A DNA stretch of 25,949 nucleotides from a virus. Its lineage: Duplodnaviria; Caudoviricetes. Made by a program: the position numbers and the translations under genes. Of this stretch, positions 1 to 10,953 are shown one piece after another (the stretch's first letter is position 1; every line of letters starts with the position of its first letter). The stretch lies in IMG/VR virus record IMGVR_UViG_3300016474_000947, positions 1-25,949 of that record, one strand, 5' to 3'. The notes beneath the pieces were generated by a model, which had not been told where the DNA came from, ran no database searches, and saw nothing but the letters and a program-made list of their open reading frames with translations.

Positions 1-2
1 CT

Positions 3-722
3 CTTATTCCCATTGCAAAGATTGAACAAGCCTTTAATTTGAAACCTAGGAATAAGGAACAAACATTTTCTCTAGATTTGTTGTTTGATCAAAATATTAA
101 ATTGTTGACGCTCGTTGGACCTTCCGGCACAGGTAAAACTTTGCTTGCAATTGCTGCGGCCCTAGAACAACTAAAGGGTCTAGGGGAAGTTCCAAGATAC
201 GAAAAACTAATCGTGACACGTCCAGTTCAACCTCTAGGTAAGGACATAGGGGTTTTGCCAGGAACCTTGGAAGAGAAGATGGAACCTTGGATTGCTCCTA
301 TAAGAGATAATATCAATTTTTTGATGGGTAAAAAGTCATCAGGTAGAAAGAAAATTGCCGATGATCAGAAAAAAACTCCTGATCAATATTATTTGACCTT
401 GATGCAAGAAAAGGGTCTTATTGAAATAGAGGCGATTACTTTCATTAGAGGTAGATCGATACCAAATGCCTTTATCATTATTGATGAATCGCAAAACTTG
501 TCAATGCATGAGTTGAAGACAATTGTTACAAGGGTTGGTGACGGAACAAAAATTGTTCTTACAGGAGACATTGAACAAATTGATAATGTTCACGTAGATG
601 CCTACTCAAATGGATTGACTTATGCAATTGAAAAATTTAAGGATTATCCTATAGCGGGTCACGTTACTTTGTTGAAGGGTGAACGTAGCGAACTGGCTAC
701 AATAGCGAGTAAAATTCTATGA
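3..722 (+). CDS. phoH: PhoH-family ATPase (5'-truncated by the window; possibly the C-terminal part of a PIN-PhoH/YlaK-like protein)
   Basis: Frame is open from nt 3. Walker A GPSGTGKT, plus LIVTRP, RGRSI..FIIIDESQN and TRVG.GTKIVLTGD.EQID motifs typical of PhoH. Ends at TGA. Confidence 0.93.
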   Translation, partial: LIPIAKIEQAFNLKPRNKEQTFSLDLLFDQNIKLLTLVGPSGTGKTLLAIAAALEQLKGLGEVPRYEKLIVTRPVQPLGKDIGVLPGTLEEKMEPWIAPIRDNINFLMGKKSSGRKKIADDQKKTPDQYYLTLMQEKGLIEIEAITFIRGRSIPNAFIIIDESQNLSMHELKTIVTRVGDGTKIVLTGDIEQIDNVHVDAYSNGLTYAIEKFKDYPIAGHVTLLKGERSELATIASKIL

Positions 723-736
723 TTTTGACATATTGT

Positions 737-773
737 GTGGCCGCGATTACGTGGCCACTGTATATTTGTATTT
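737..773 (+). terminator. Probable intrinsic terminator hairpin after phoH
   Basis: Stem GTGGCCGCG (737-745) pairs with CGTGGCCAC (750-758) with one G-U pair, loop ATTA, followed by T-rich TGTATATTTGTATTT. Confidence 0.6.
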
Positions 774-776
774 GAC

Positions 777-1955
777 ATGAGCGGAATACTTGATAATAAG
801 ACAAGGGTTTTTGATACGATAATAACCTTTGAAGGTAGAAAACAACTATCGCAAGGTGGTATCGATATTAGCTACGTGTCTTTCACGGACTCAACGACAT
901 TTTATTCTCCAGATGCCATGAGTGGTTCTTCTGACATAACCAATCGTGTTTATCTAGAGTCATGCAATCTTCCACAGGATCAAATAACATTTCAAGCGGA
1001 TGAAATGGGAAAGATCCTGCCGTTTTCAATAAATTCTGCTAACAATATAGTTGGTGGTCAGCTTGTAAGTAGCAGCATAGAAACTAATGTCTTTGGAGGT
1101 GCCACAATCATCTCCAATTTTATCACTGGTAGTGAACTCGTTAGTTTGTCTGATGATATTTTTGCATCATCAATTGGCAATTTTAAGATGATAAATGTCA
1201 TTGGTAGCATAGATAGCGTATTCAATGATGAAGAATTTATTGCATCAAATAAAAATATAAATTTCACTGTTCCAACTACAAACATAGTACAGCAAACAAA
1301 AGACATAGAATCAATGATTGATATTTTGGCAGATCCAAAATTTAGCAATCTAAAGAATTTCACTTTCCTTCCTCCTATCAATAAGGTTGAAAGTGAATCA
1401 GTAGATTTGAGTGATAATAATCAGACTATGGATTATCAACTTGCTGAATATAGTCCTTGGTATGGAGTTACGTCATCACCTCCAAATTACTATGAAGAAA
1501 GTAAAAATTGTTCACTTTCGGAGAAAGATGGACTTTCAAGTGAAATATATTTTGATCCCACTTCAAGATATAACAACTTGTCAATTCAGGTTTTTGAAGT
1601 GTCAAGTGGAATCATGAAAAAATTGGACATAATTGATTTTGGAAAATTTGATTCATCAATCATTCTAAAGAATTCGAATAATAAAAAGGAAAAGCCAACC
1701 TTTGCAAAAAGCAATAATTCTCCTGAATGGACTGGTGATTCACCTGCCAAAGGTAAAAAGAGCAATCCTAATTCAATTGATTCAAAATCAAAGTCAGGAA
1801 CCAATGTTGCAAATATTAAAAATAGTGAAAAAGTTTCTATTTTGGGTGATGCTGAGTCTTCAATAAAACACATGTTTTTTGTAGGAAAGCTTGTCAAGAA
1901 AGAATCTACACAGACAGATGCTTTCATTCATCTTTTTACCATAGTATTCGGGTGA
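777..1955 (+). CDS. Putative virion/baseplate structural protein with tail-collar-like N-terminal motif
   Basis: ATG 777 chosen because the ORF-track extension from 735 runs through a hairpin and contains in-frame TTA (747). N-terminus MSGILDNKTRVFDTIITFEGRKQLSQG resembles that of the 10180 gene. Confidence 0.6.
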   Translation: MSGILDNKTRVFDTIITFEGRKQLSQGGIDISYVSFTDSTTFYSPDAMSGSSDITNRVYLESCNLPQDQITFQADEMGKILPFSINSANNIVGGQLVSSSIETNVFGGATIISNFITGSELVSLSDDIFASSIGNFKMINVIGSIDSVFNDEEFIASNKNINFTVPTTNIVQQTKDIESMIDILADPKFSNLKNFTFLPPINKVESESVDLSDNNQTMDYQLAEYSPWYGVTSSPPNYYEESKNCSLSEKDGLSSEIYFDPTSRYNNLSIQVFEVSSGIMKKLDIIDFGKFDSSIILKNSNNKKEKPTFAKSNNSPEWTGDSPAKGKKSNPNSIDSKSKSGTNVANIKNSEKVSILGDAESSIKHMFFVGKLVKKESTQTDAFIHLFTIVFG

Positions 1956-1958
1956 AAA

Positions 1959-4490
1959 ATGTATTTTACGCCAACTAAAAAATATAACATCATAAATGTT
2001 GATGATTATTATGCAACTTTGACGGGAATTTCTGAAAATGATTTCCTAGACTTTGAATTTTCATATAAAGCATCTGTAAAAGACGTTATGAGATATGATG
2101 CATATCAAGTAACAATAACAGTCTTTTCTAATCAGGTATCAAATTCAAATTATACTCAAAGTTCCATTGGTTCCATCTTTTACAAAGATTCAAAAAACGT
2201 GAGCATTTCTGGCATTAGTTCACCAAATAAATTTGGAGCATCTTTGATTGATAAAGTGAATCTGGCAGAAAATATATTGCTCAACGTATCAAATGCAAAA
2301 GGTGCAGCAACATACGTAAAAAGTAACATAATAGCAACCAAAGTAAGTGACATAACTTCAAAAATTAACAATAATTTGATTTCTGATTTGAAATCTATAA
2401 ATAATGTGAGTGAAATCACGGGCCTTTATAAACAAAATCTTAAGACCGTTGCTGTCAATGATCTTAAAAAGAATGATAAAAATTATCAAAAGCTTGACAA
2501 AGTAGATGCTTCAATTAAGAAAAATTCTGTGTCAAGTGTCAAGGAAGAGTCTTTGTCGTTGATAAAAATGGGAATTGATCCATCAAAAATAACTAAATCA
2601 AAAACAAAAATTATAAGTTCATATGAAAATTTTCAAGGTGTAAATAATAAGGCAAATAAAAATAATCTCGCGGCATCAAAATTTGAAAATCTAAGTGATA
2701 ACATTACCTCTAAGTTGAATAATAGTTCTCAAAATTTTTCAGATAATATTTTTGATTTGAACGGTAATGATCAAAAGTATACCACGGTCATTTCAAATGA
2801 TCCCGTAGAATTTTATGATCTAAAAGCCAACATAACCTTTCTTAAACCAAAGGTAACATCTAGTTTGCATGTTGAGTTTGAAATAAAGAATAATAAAACG
2901 GGTGAGATACTACAAACAATTACTAAAGATCTAGATGTTCAAAAACACATAAATTTTTTTACGGTGCCCACAACGCCTCCAAAAATTTCGATAACAAAGT
3001 CAGGATACGGGTCATTCAGCGTACTTGAAATTTGTCAAGTAGACAAATTGGCAAATAAAGTCAACATATACAAGAAAAATATATACACATCCAGTCCCAA
3101 GATTGAATCTTACGTTTTGGTTGCAACTAGGAACTTGAAACTTGGGGAAAGAATAAAATATGTAATGAATGTCTCTTCTGAATTTGATCAAATTTACAGA
3201 GTTGTTCCTGTTTATAATGATTTTATTGGACAAGTATTTTCAAATGTTGTGCAAATTGCAAAAAAGAAAAGAAAACAAAATTTTGCATCAATTACCGCAA
3301 AGAATGTAAACAAGGGAATTAAAATTGAGGTTGGCAATCTTCCTGAAGGAATAACCTCATTTCAACTAATGAAGAAAAATTTGACTGCAAATGACAAAAT
3401 CTACACGAGTCAAGGTCCCATAATTCCCGTAAAAGTTTTGTCATTCAATAAGAAAACACTTGAAAATTCAATTACAAATGCTAGACAAAAAAATTTTTCA
3501 GTGATAGATTCTTCAGTCGTTGACGGTAACATATATGAGTATGTAGCTAAACTTCAATATATGAATGGTAGTCAGGTAATGGCTGGAAGTGAAATTATTG
3601 AATGTCTAAATCAACAAGAGGGTAAAGTTTCTATCGATACCAGCGGTCTTGAAATTGACAGTAATAACAATGACGTTAGATTTAATGTAGATGTACAAAT
3701 TGCAGATGGTGAACTTGATCACATTGATACGCTAGTTAAAGAATTGGGATACGGAGATTATTTTTCAAATGATGTTCAAAAACAAAAAGAACAATTGAAA
3801 AATTTGCTAGCATACTCTGTTGAAAGAGTTAATCTTAATACTGGGGATAGGGAAAAAATGGGGACTTATTCCAATAAACAGTTCTCTGACTCTACTGGAG
3901 TATCAGTATCAAATTGTAAAAAATTGGAAGCAGGAAATTCTTATAGATACATTGTAACTGCCCTAATAAGAAAACCCGAAACGGTGTTTGAAAAATTCCA
4001 AAAAACAGAGATTGACATCGAAACAAAAAAACAATACAAATATACCCCAAATACATTCAAACATCCAATTAGTCTTAAAACTGGCACTTTGGTAACGAAT
4101 AGTACCATGAAAAAAAATTATGCCAAGGACATATTGGAACATGGGCAAATTGGCTGTACTGTAATTGTAGAGGTTAGCATACCTCTACAAAAGTCATCGA
4201 TAGAAAATATTAAGGTTAATAGATTCGATAAAAGAAAAAATATAATTTCATGTATGTTGTCAGGAAATGAATCAGATTTTGATCATTTTATTGTGTCAAA
4301 GAACGTAAATGGTGTGTCAAACATTATAGGAAGTTTTCACTCAATATCAAAATCAAATGAAATATTTTGGATTCATGAGCTTGAAAAGGGAGATTTGGGG
4401 TATACTAGTTATTCAATAATACCCGTATATAATGATTATTCTCATGGCCAATTGAAAAACTCTAATTCTATTATGGTGGAAAATGTTTAA
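1959..4490 (+). CDS. Large putative virion structural protein with FN3/Ig-like beta-sandwich repeats
   Basis: 843 aa, beta-strand-rich. Motifs such as PPKISITK...YRVVPVYN and VIDSSVVDGNIYEYVAK resemble FN3 strands. Lies in the structural block. Ends at TAA. Confidence 0.55.
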   Translation: MYFTPTKKYNIINVDDYYATLTGISENDFLDFEFSYKASVKDVMRYDAYQVTITVFSNQVSNSNYTQSSIGSIFYKDSKNVSISGISSPNKFGASLIDKVNLAENILLNVSNAKGAATYVKSNIIATKVSDITSKINNNLISDLKSINNVSEITGLYKQNLKTVAVNDLKKNDKNYQKLDKVDASIKKNSVSSVKEESLSLIKMGIDPSKITKSKTKIISSYENFQGVNNKANKNNLAASKFENLSDNITSKLNNSSQNFSDNIFDLNGNDQKYTTVISNDPVEFYDLKANITFLKPKVTSSLHVEFEIKNNKTGEILQTITKDLDVQKHINFFTVPTTPPKISITKSGYGSFSVLEICQVDKLANKVNIYKKNIYTSSPKIESYVLVATRNLKLGERIKYVMNVSSEFDQIYRVVPVYNDFIGQVFSNVVQIAKKKRKQNFASITAKNVNKGIKIEVGNLPEGITSFQLMKKNLTANDKIYTSQGPIIPVKVLSFNKKTLENSITNARQKNFSVIDSSVVDGNIYEYVAKLQYMNGSQVMAGSEIIECLNQQEGKVSIDTSGLEIDSNNNDVRFNVDVQIADGELDHIDTLVKELGYGDYFSNDVQKQKEQLKNLLAYSVERVNLNTGDREKMGTYSNKQFSDSTGVSVSNCKKLEAGNSYRYIVTALIRKPETVFEKFQKTEIDIETKKQYKYTPNTFKHPISLKTGTLVTNSTMKKNYAKDILEHGQIGCTVIVEVSIPLQKSSIENIKVNRFDKRKNIISCMLSGNESDFDHFIVSKNVNGVSNIIGSFHSISKSNEIFWIHELEKGDLGYTSYSIIPVYNDYSHGQLKNSNSIMVENV

Positions 4491-7400
4491 TAAACTTACC
4501 GGGAATAACAATAGTCTTATAAAAACTGGTGGTGTTGAGCTACAACCTAAAAAAACCAACGCGCCTGTCAAGACGACATCAACGGGAGCTACGGCCACAG
4601 TTCTTGAAAATTCTAAAAATAAAACTATAATAACCACAAAGTCTACAGCAAAAAGTGATCAACAATCTTATCTAATCAAAAAGATAAAAACCGCTCAAAA
4701 GGTAGAAAATAAAAATTCAGATGACGTAGGATCTATTGGGATAGCAAATGATAGACCCGTCATCATCATGTCAACAAATTTTCAATCAATATTTGATCAA
4801 TTTTCAAATTACACTAACGCTGGAAATTATTATAGCAAACAATTTGGTGTTAGAGATCTTAGACAAAAACTGATTGAAGCAGTTTTTGATGACGTTAGCA
4901 ATTTGGGTCTAGACGATTATTTTGAAGTTTTGAGATCTGAATTTAAAAAAGGGTTTGATAGAACTAATGAAAATGTAATTTCGCTATTTGAAATTATTGA
5001 TAAATTCATTTCTACTAAAGAAATTTTGGATATTAAAAATTCTATTTATGATAAAGCTGGCGATCCAATTAAATTTCTAGAAGGTCGTTATAGTAAAAAT
5101 ATTACGGAAATTAATAATTCATTTACCTCTACAAAACTCTGGACAATGCTGTTTTATGAGTTCAAAACGATCGTAGAGGGAATGTCATTCCTGAAATATG
5201 AAGCAGGAACCTTGGACGATGATCCATTCAGTAATAATTTTTCTGTTGACAATAATCTTAAACTTGAAAAAAAATCTTCCATAGAAGCAATTAAAATAAA
5301 TGATTCAATTACTACGTTGGTTAATAATAACACCATAGAAGATACTAATGCTAAATTTACCGAAGCATTTAACAGCATAAATGAAATAATCCCAAATAAT
5401 AGTTCTCTCGATGAAAGAAAAGTTCCAATTTACGTGTGTTTCTTGAGAAAACATCAGAAGTTTGTAAATGCTATCAATAATCAATCTTTTATAGAATTTC
5501 TATCAAAAAATTATGATATTACGATAAACAACAGTAGTAACATTTCAAATGTTTTTGAAAAAATAGTTGGAAATATCCCAAAGGACATATTTGATAAACC
5601 AAAAAATTCTGCAAATTCTCTAATTTCAATTCTAAATCAAGGGCCTGATAACGCAAAAATTTTGCCTTTCGAAGTAGATTACATAACTGCAAAAGATGAT
5701 GTATACACACCAGGCGGCGTATACTACTTTGATAACATACTTTCATCAAATACCATTGATATAACTAATATCAATTCATTCGCTCAAAACATCAAGCAAG
5801 TCTATGTCCTTCTCAAGAGGGTTATAGATGAAATTAGATTGATAACTAATAATCAAGACGAAGATTCTGCGTGGTCGCTCTATAATCTTTTGATAAATTC
5901 ATTTTTCACATACACGCCAGGCGATACATTCCTTCCATTGCAAGATGAATATCTCAATGATCCATTCATGACTTTGTTGGAAAGTTCACGTGAAGATATG
6001 AAAGCTAAAGCATATTTGGCACAATATGTGCTTTATATTATGAAAAATAAACAAAACATGGCAAAGTCAACCCTAGATTCAATGTTGACTTTTATGTATC
6101 AAAAATTTAATTCACTCATATCTTCTAATATATCATCGCCTGAAATGGATACGAAAGTTGAAGAAATTAAGTTCGCACAAAAAATTATATCATTTGCATC
6201 CAATCCAGCGGCTGCCGCGGGCTTTAATGAAACTAGCCCGCTTGGCAAAGAATTTCTAATTCAAATTGATGACAATGGACAGGTTCTAATAAGCACCTTT
6301 TATCAAGGGGGATTTGAAGAATTCAAGCTGACTGATTACATAAAATTTTTGCAGGAATATGTAAACAAATTGTCTAAGGAAATTGAAGAGTATTCTACAA
6401 AATGGTGGGAGAATAACTCCAATCCAGAAGATAGTCATTACTGGTTGGATGGTTCATATTTTTATAATGCGATAAATGAATTGATGTCAGGTGAATCACA
6501 AAATTCTCCGCTTGGTACAAAATTCATTCAAGTAATTTCTGATCTTATGTCACAATTTACTGATAATAAATTTTCAGGAGGAATATCTGATTCTAAAGTA
6601 TTTGCAATAATATTTGATCTTGTATTTGATGTAATAACTAAATCTTTTGTGATAGTTGGACAAGAATTGTATTATGAAAATCCTTTCATAAAAAAATATT
6701 CTGTTTCGGAAGTTGACATTAAAAAGGACGTTCTTAAATTTTTTGATGACGTGAAAATTAAGGTTAAATTTAATGATAATTTTTCAAAAAATCTCAATCA
6801 TCAATTTTCAACACAAATTAAGATTGGAACTGAAGAAAACACGAGGATTGAAGCGACAAAGATAACATTGAATGTTATGCAAGAACTTAACACAAGGCTC
6901 ATGGATATTGCAAATTACATGAACTCTAATAAGGTTCAACAATTGATATCAGATCTAAAATTTTTGAACGACATATCCAGTGACACAGGTATTAATAAGA
7001 CAGCAACGGACGCTGGTTCTGGAAAATATATGGTTGTTAAGTCTAAAAATCAGGCTTTTTCTATGGGATCATCCCAAACAAATATTTTTAATTCGCCTGC
7101 GGCAGGCACAAATTTTGCAACAAATCAACTATCACAAGGTTTGCCCGTTGGCGCTGGCACTTTGCAATTTGGAAAATCTTACGAGTATAATAAAAATGCT
7201 GTTGGTGCCTCCGTTGACAGCATGTTGGTTTATGAAAATAATTTGGAAAAATTGAATTCGATAAAAGAAATTTTTAACAAAATTCAAATTAGTAATATTG
7301 CATCGACTTTTCTTGACATCAAGTCTGTTCTAGACAATAATCCTAATATAAAAGCAGGTAGTGAAATTGAACCTCTTGATGATTCATCGCCAAGAAGTAA

Positions 7401-8385
7401 ATTTAAGAAAGTTTTTGAATCTACGTTTAAAAATGGTGAACACATTAACACGCAAGATTCAGATGTTTCAAGAAAAAAAATATTGTCAATAGGAATTCCA
7501 AAAGGTTTTTCTAGTAATCTAAAGTACAATATCAATTTCAATGGAAATTCAATTAAATATAAAACTAAAGATCTAAAACAAAATGACATAATAGAAATCA
7601 AGGTCTATAAAATAGATGTTCTAACACCTGAGATAATTTATAAACCTGTGTCTTTTCTGTTTGAATTGTCGAGATTTGTTGTGAAAGATGAATCTAAGTT
7701 TCCAACCGATTATAATGATTTTGCTACCATGATAGCAAAATTTCCAACAAGAAACTTTAACAATATCACAAAAAGTGAATTGGAAAAAATTTATTATCTT
7801 GCTGATTTTGATGCGTCATACTCGTTCCTTAAAGGTTCTCAATTGAAAGAATTGTATAAGAATCATGTTCTTAGTTACATGTATGAAATGTATATAAAAT
7901 TGTTGACTGGGGTGTCTCTAAGCGAAAAAGACTTCGCGATTTTTGATCCAATCAGGTACGTCTCTGTTGAAACGATCAATAAATTTTTCAATTCTTATAA
8001 AACCGTGGAGAATAAAACAGAGAATCTTGAAAATGTTGATGCAACGTTGGATGAGTGGTCAAGAAAATTGACTCCTTTGTCTAATGGTGTTGCTATGATG
8101 AAAAATATTTTTAATCCTAGAAAGTTTGAAAGAATATTCAATGTGTTGGTTGATCCATACTCATTTGAAATAGATTACAAAAAAACTACCTCTACCTCAC
8201 AAGGAACTGACGCTCTCAAATATCAACAATCAATTGGTGATATAATCACAAAATCTGTGTTGGCAGATGGTACAGACCCGGATAAAAAAGTGACGGTCTA
8301 TGTTCAAAGGCCTAGAAACAAAAATGAGGTTGTTATGGAACGATACTTTGTTCAAATTAACACGACAAACATTGAGGTATATTGA
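4483..8385 (+). CDS. Very large hypothetical (probably virion) protein, 1300 aa
   Basis: Long uninterrupted ORF, coupled to both neighbours (8-nt overlap upstream, TGATG downstream). No recognisable catalytic motif. Confidence 0.6.
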   Translation: MFNKLTGNNNSLIKTGGVELQPKKTNAPVKTTSTGATATVLENSKNKTIITTKSTAKSDQQSYLIKKIKTAQKVENKNSDDVGSIGIANDRPVIIMSTNFQSIFDQFSNYTNAGNYYSKQFGVRDLRQKLIEAVFDDVSNLGLDDYFEVLRSEFKKGFDRTNENVISLFEIIDKFISTKEILDIKNSIYDKAGDPIKFLEGRYSKNITEINNSFTSTKLWTMLFYEFKTIVEGMSFLKYEAGTLDDDPFSNNFSVDNNLKLEKKSSIEAIKINDSITTLVNNNTIEDTNAKFTEAFNSINEIIPNNSSLDERKVPIYVCFLRKHQKFVNAINNQSFIEFLSKNYDITINNSSNISNVFEKIVGNIPKDIFDKPKNSANSLISILNQGPDNAKILPFEVDYITAKDDVYTPGGVYYFDNILSSNTIDITNINSFAQNIKQVYVLLKRVIDEIRLITNNQDEDSAWSLYNLLINSFFTYTPGDTFLPLQDEYLNDPFMTLLESSREDMKAKAYLAQYVLYIMKNKQNMAKSTLDSMLTFMYQKFNSLISSNISSPEMDTKVEEIKFAQKIISFASNPAAAAGFNETSPLGKEFLIQIDDNGQVLISTFYQGGFEEFKLTDYIKFLQEYVNKLSKEIEEYSTKWWENNSNPEDSHYWLDGSYFYNAINELMSGESQNSPLGTKFIQVISDLMSQFTDNKFSGGISDSKVFAIIFDLVFDVITKSFVIVGQELYYENPFIKKYSVSEVDIKKDVLKFFDDVKIKVKFNDNFSKNLNHQFSTQIKIGTEENTRIEATKITLNVMQELNTRLMDIANYMNSNKVQQLISDLKFLNDISSDTGINKTATDAGSGKYMVVKSKNQAFSMGSSQTNIFNSPAAGTNFATNQLSQGLPVGAGTLQFGKSYEYNKNAVGASVDSMLVYENNLEKLNSIKEIFNKIQISNIASTFLDIKSVLDNNPNIKAGSEIEPLDDSSPRSKFKKVFESTFKNGEHINTQDSDVSRKKILSIGIPKGFSSNLKYNINFNGNSIKYKTKDLKQNDIIEIKVYKIDVLTPEIIYKPVSFLFELSRFVVKDESKFPTDYNDFATMIAKFPTRNFNNITKSELEKIYYLADFDASYSFLKGSQLKELYKNHVLSYMYEMYIKLLTGVSLSEKDFAIFDPIRYVSVETINKFFNSYKTVENKTENLENVDATLDEWSRKLTPLSNGVAMMKNIFNPRKFERIFNVLVDPYSFEIDYKKTTSTSQGTDALKYQQSIGDIITKSVLADGTDPDKKVTVYVQRPRNKNEVVMERYFVQINTTNIEVY

Positions 8386-10133
8386 TGTCAATTTCACTAA
8401 CTTCCAGAGAAACATACTTCATTGATGTGCCTGAGGTAGAAAATTTTAATGTAAAATTTAGGTATAATTTTTATGTTTCTAATGAACAAATAAGCGATGA
8501 GATAACAGTACCTGATTTCTTGGCAACAAAACAATCAAAGGGTTTCTTTGATCCAGAATACTTTAAACTTTTTAATTTTCATGTTCCCAGATACATGACT
8601 ATTACATGGAAATCACTAAAATTGGGTAACAACATTAGTGATGAAAAGGAAAGTAATAAGCTTGTGACTCCCGATCAAGCAGGCGTATCTAAAAATCTTA
8701 TATCAAAAAATATCGACAAAGTGTTGACAGAAGATGAATTTTCATCTGCAAATTTTTTTGGTATCACATTTCAAGACAGCCAACTCTTTAATAAATTGCA
8801 GAATATGCTCAAATATTCATCTGAAATTGTTTCTGACGTTCCAATGTCAGATAATGATTTTGAGACGATAGCAATGGATTCTTCAACGTTTGGAGCGACT
8901 TATTACAAGACTGGAAAGCAACCTATTACTGGTGTTACTAAAAAATTGTTGGAGTCCGTGAATATTAATACTCAAATTAATTCAAGACACTTGTATGAAA
9001 TTTGTCAAAAAATTTCTGAAGATCCACAATCGCCATATACTGATGATGTGAAACCTTTGATGGATGCAAGTAAAAAATATAAGGATACGCCTGATACTAA
9101 TTTTAATAATTCTGATTATGCACCGGCGATTGATTATATTAGCGTAAGTCCTGCATCATCAAATGGTCAATCTAGGGGAGTTCCACAAGTTGTAGGATAC
9201 ATTATTGACAAATACGAGATTGACGCAAAAAGAAATATCGTTCCTCTAGATCCAATCATAATAGAGAATTCAAGTGTTAATTTTTATGTTGACACAAGGA
9301 TCAAATATAATCACACCTACGTATATTCAATAAGAAGTGTATTGGCAATTAGCGTGCCTGCTATAAATTCAACGAACGGTAAAATGTCAACAATAACTTT
9401 TTTGGTTAGTTCAAAACCATCAGGTAAATTGTGGATATCTACTCTTGAAAATAAGGCACCTCCTCCCCCAGTTGATATAAATTTTGCATGGGATTATGGA
9501 AGACAAAAGTTGATTGTAAATTGGTGCTTTCCAGTAAATCCTCAATATGATATAAAAAGATTTCAAATCTTTAGAAGAAAAAAGATTGAACATCCCTTTC
9601 AACTGATCAAAGAATACAATTTTGATGATTCAGCAGTGAAAATGAATGTTGGTGAATTTCCTGATGAAAAATTGGTAGAACATCTTGAGAATCCTATAAC
9701 GTATTATATAGATGATGATTTTACAAAAGATTCAAAGTACATTTACACCGTTACTTCAATTGATGCGCATGGATTGACATCTAATTACGGAGCACAATTT
9801 GAAATATCATTTGATAGATTTAAGAACATATTGATAAAAAAATTGATTTCTCAAGCAGGCGCTCCCAAACCATATCCAAACATGTATTTGAAAGGAACCG
9901 GATTTGCAAATTTGATGAAAGTTAGTGGTGAATATTCAAAGAAGATGAAAATATATTGTGCGCCACATAACAAAAAATATCTTTATGTAAAGAATAACAA
10001 TAAAGAAGTTTCTCCAATATTTGAAACCGATGCATCTGGAGGTAATTATAAGATTCAAGTTTTGAATCTAGACAATCAAAAAGGAGAGACAATTACAATT
10101 AACATTAAGTCTTCTTCTAATCAAAAAATATTA
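8385..10133 (+). CDS. Fibronectin type III domain-containing virion protein (582 aa if TTA is stop; standard code extends to 10193)
   Basis: ATG in TGATG overlap with SD-like GAGGT at 8374. FN3 pattern APPPP..INFAWD...KRFQIFRR...YIDDD....YIYTVTSIDAHGLTS. First in-frame TTA is at 10131-10133. Confidence 0.7.
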
Positions 10134-10153
10134 ATTATAATTTGTGGTAACTG

Positions 10154-10161
10154 TATACGTA
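10154..10161 (+). promoter_or_regulatory. Variant (TATACGTA) of the putative late promoter TATACTTA
   Basis: One mismatch to the motif at 13321, 21390 and 23421. Ends 18 nt before ATG 10180 and is intergenic only if TTA 10131 is a stop. Confidence 0.45.
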
Positions 10162-10179
10162 ATAAGGAAATGGTGAAAC

Positions 10180-10899
10180 ATGGGATGGCTTGATCACTCA
10201 ACTAACAATATTATCTTGGATGCTGTGTTGACAGATACAGGAAGAGAATTTCTTTCTAGAAACAATGGAGACTTTAGCATAACTAAGTTTGCCCTTGGAG
10301 ATGATGATGTTAACTATAACATTATCAGAAAATATGGTAGAACAGTTGGAAGGGAGAAGATTGAAAAAAATACTCCTATATTCGAGGCTCTAACAAGTGA
10401 TTCTCAAGGTCAAAAATATAAATTGGTTAGCGTTTCAAATCCAAATTTGATAAGGTTGCCCAATATCACCCTAACGGGAACTAACGTTAGCGGTGGTAGC
10501 GTAATTACGCTTAGTACTACCACCTTGACAGGTAAGAGCTCTGCAACTGTAACATTTTCACAAAATCTAAATGCCTCCACACTGTCTATAGATCAAGAAC
10601 TTCAAGATAATATTTACATAGTTGAAGTACCTAATCTATTTTGTGAAATTGCAGGAAATATAAAGGGCACCGTGGATAGCATGCAAAGAGCTACATACAT
10701 GCTTCCTTCTGACGGTTCATTGACACAACAAAAGGGTACAAAGGTAACTTTTACAATAAACGTAAAAGCAATTTCAAATCCCTTGTTCACCGTGTATGGA
10801 AACACTGGGAATAAGACCCAGATAAAGTCTTACATTCGAGTGACTGGTATTAATTCAGGTGCCGTCAAGGATGTTACGCTGATAATTAATAAGGGATAA
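10180..10899 (+). CDS. Putative baseplate/tail structural protein (tail-collar-like N-terminal motif)
   Basis: MGWLD...IILDAVLTDTGREFLS...ITKFALGDDDVNY N-terminus, similar to the 777 gene and to N-termini of phage tail-collar proteins. Ends at TAA. Confidence 0.65.
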   Translation: MGWLDHSTNNIILDAVLTDTGREFLSRNNGDFSITKFALGDDDVNYNIIRKYGRTVGREKIEKNTPIFEALTSDSQGQKYKLVSVSNPNLIRLPNITLTGTNVSGGSVITLSTTTLTGKSSATVTFSQNLNASTLSIDQELQDNIYIVEVPNLFCEIAGNIKGTVDSMQRATYMLPSDGSLTQQKGTKVTFTINVKAISNPLFTVYGNTGNKTQIKSYIRVTGINSGAVKDVTLIINKG

Positions 10900-10953
10900 T
10901 TTTCCTTTGTATAGTTGATTGTTATTTTAAAGATATTCACGGGATCAAGATCA

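Noticed and set aside
735-776. ORF-track N-terminal extensions (735, 8382, 10915, 12275, 17819, 21032)
   Set aside because: They run through hairpins or promoter-like motifs, overlap upstream genes, or contain TTA. A nearby downstream ATG fits better in each case.
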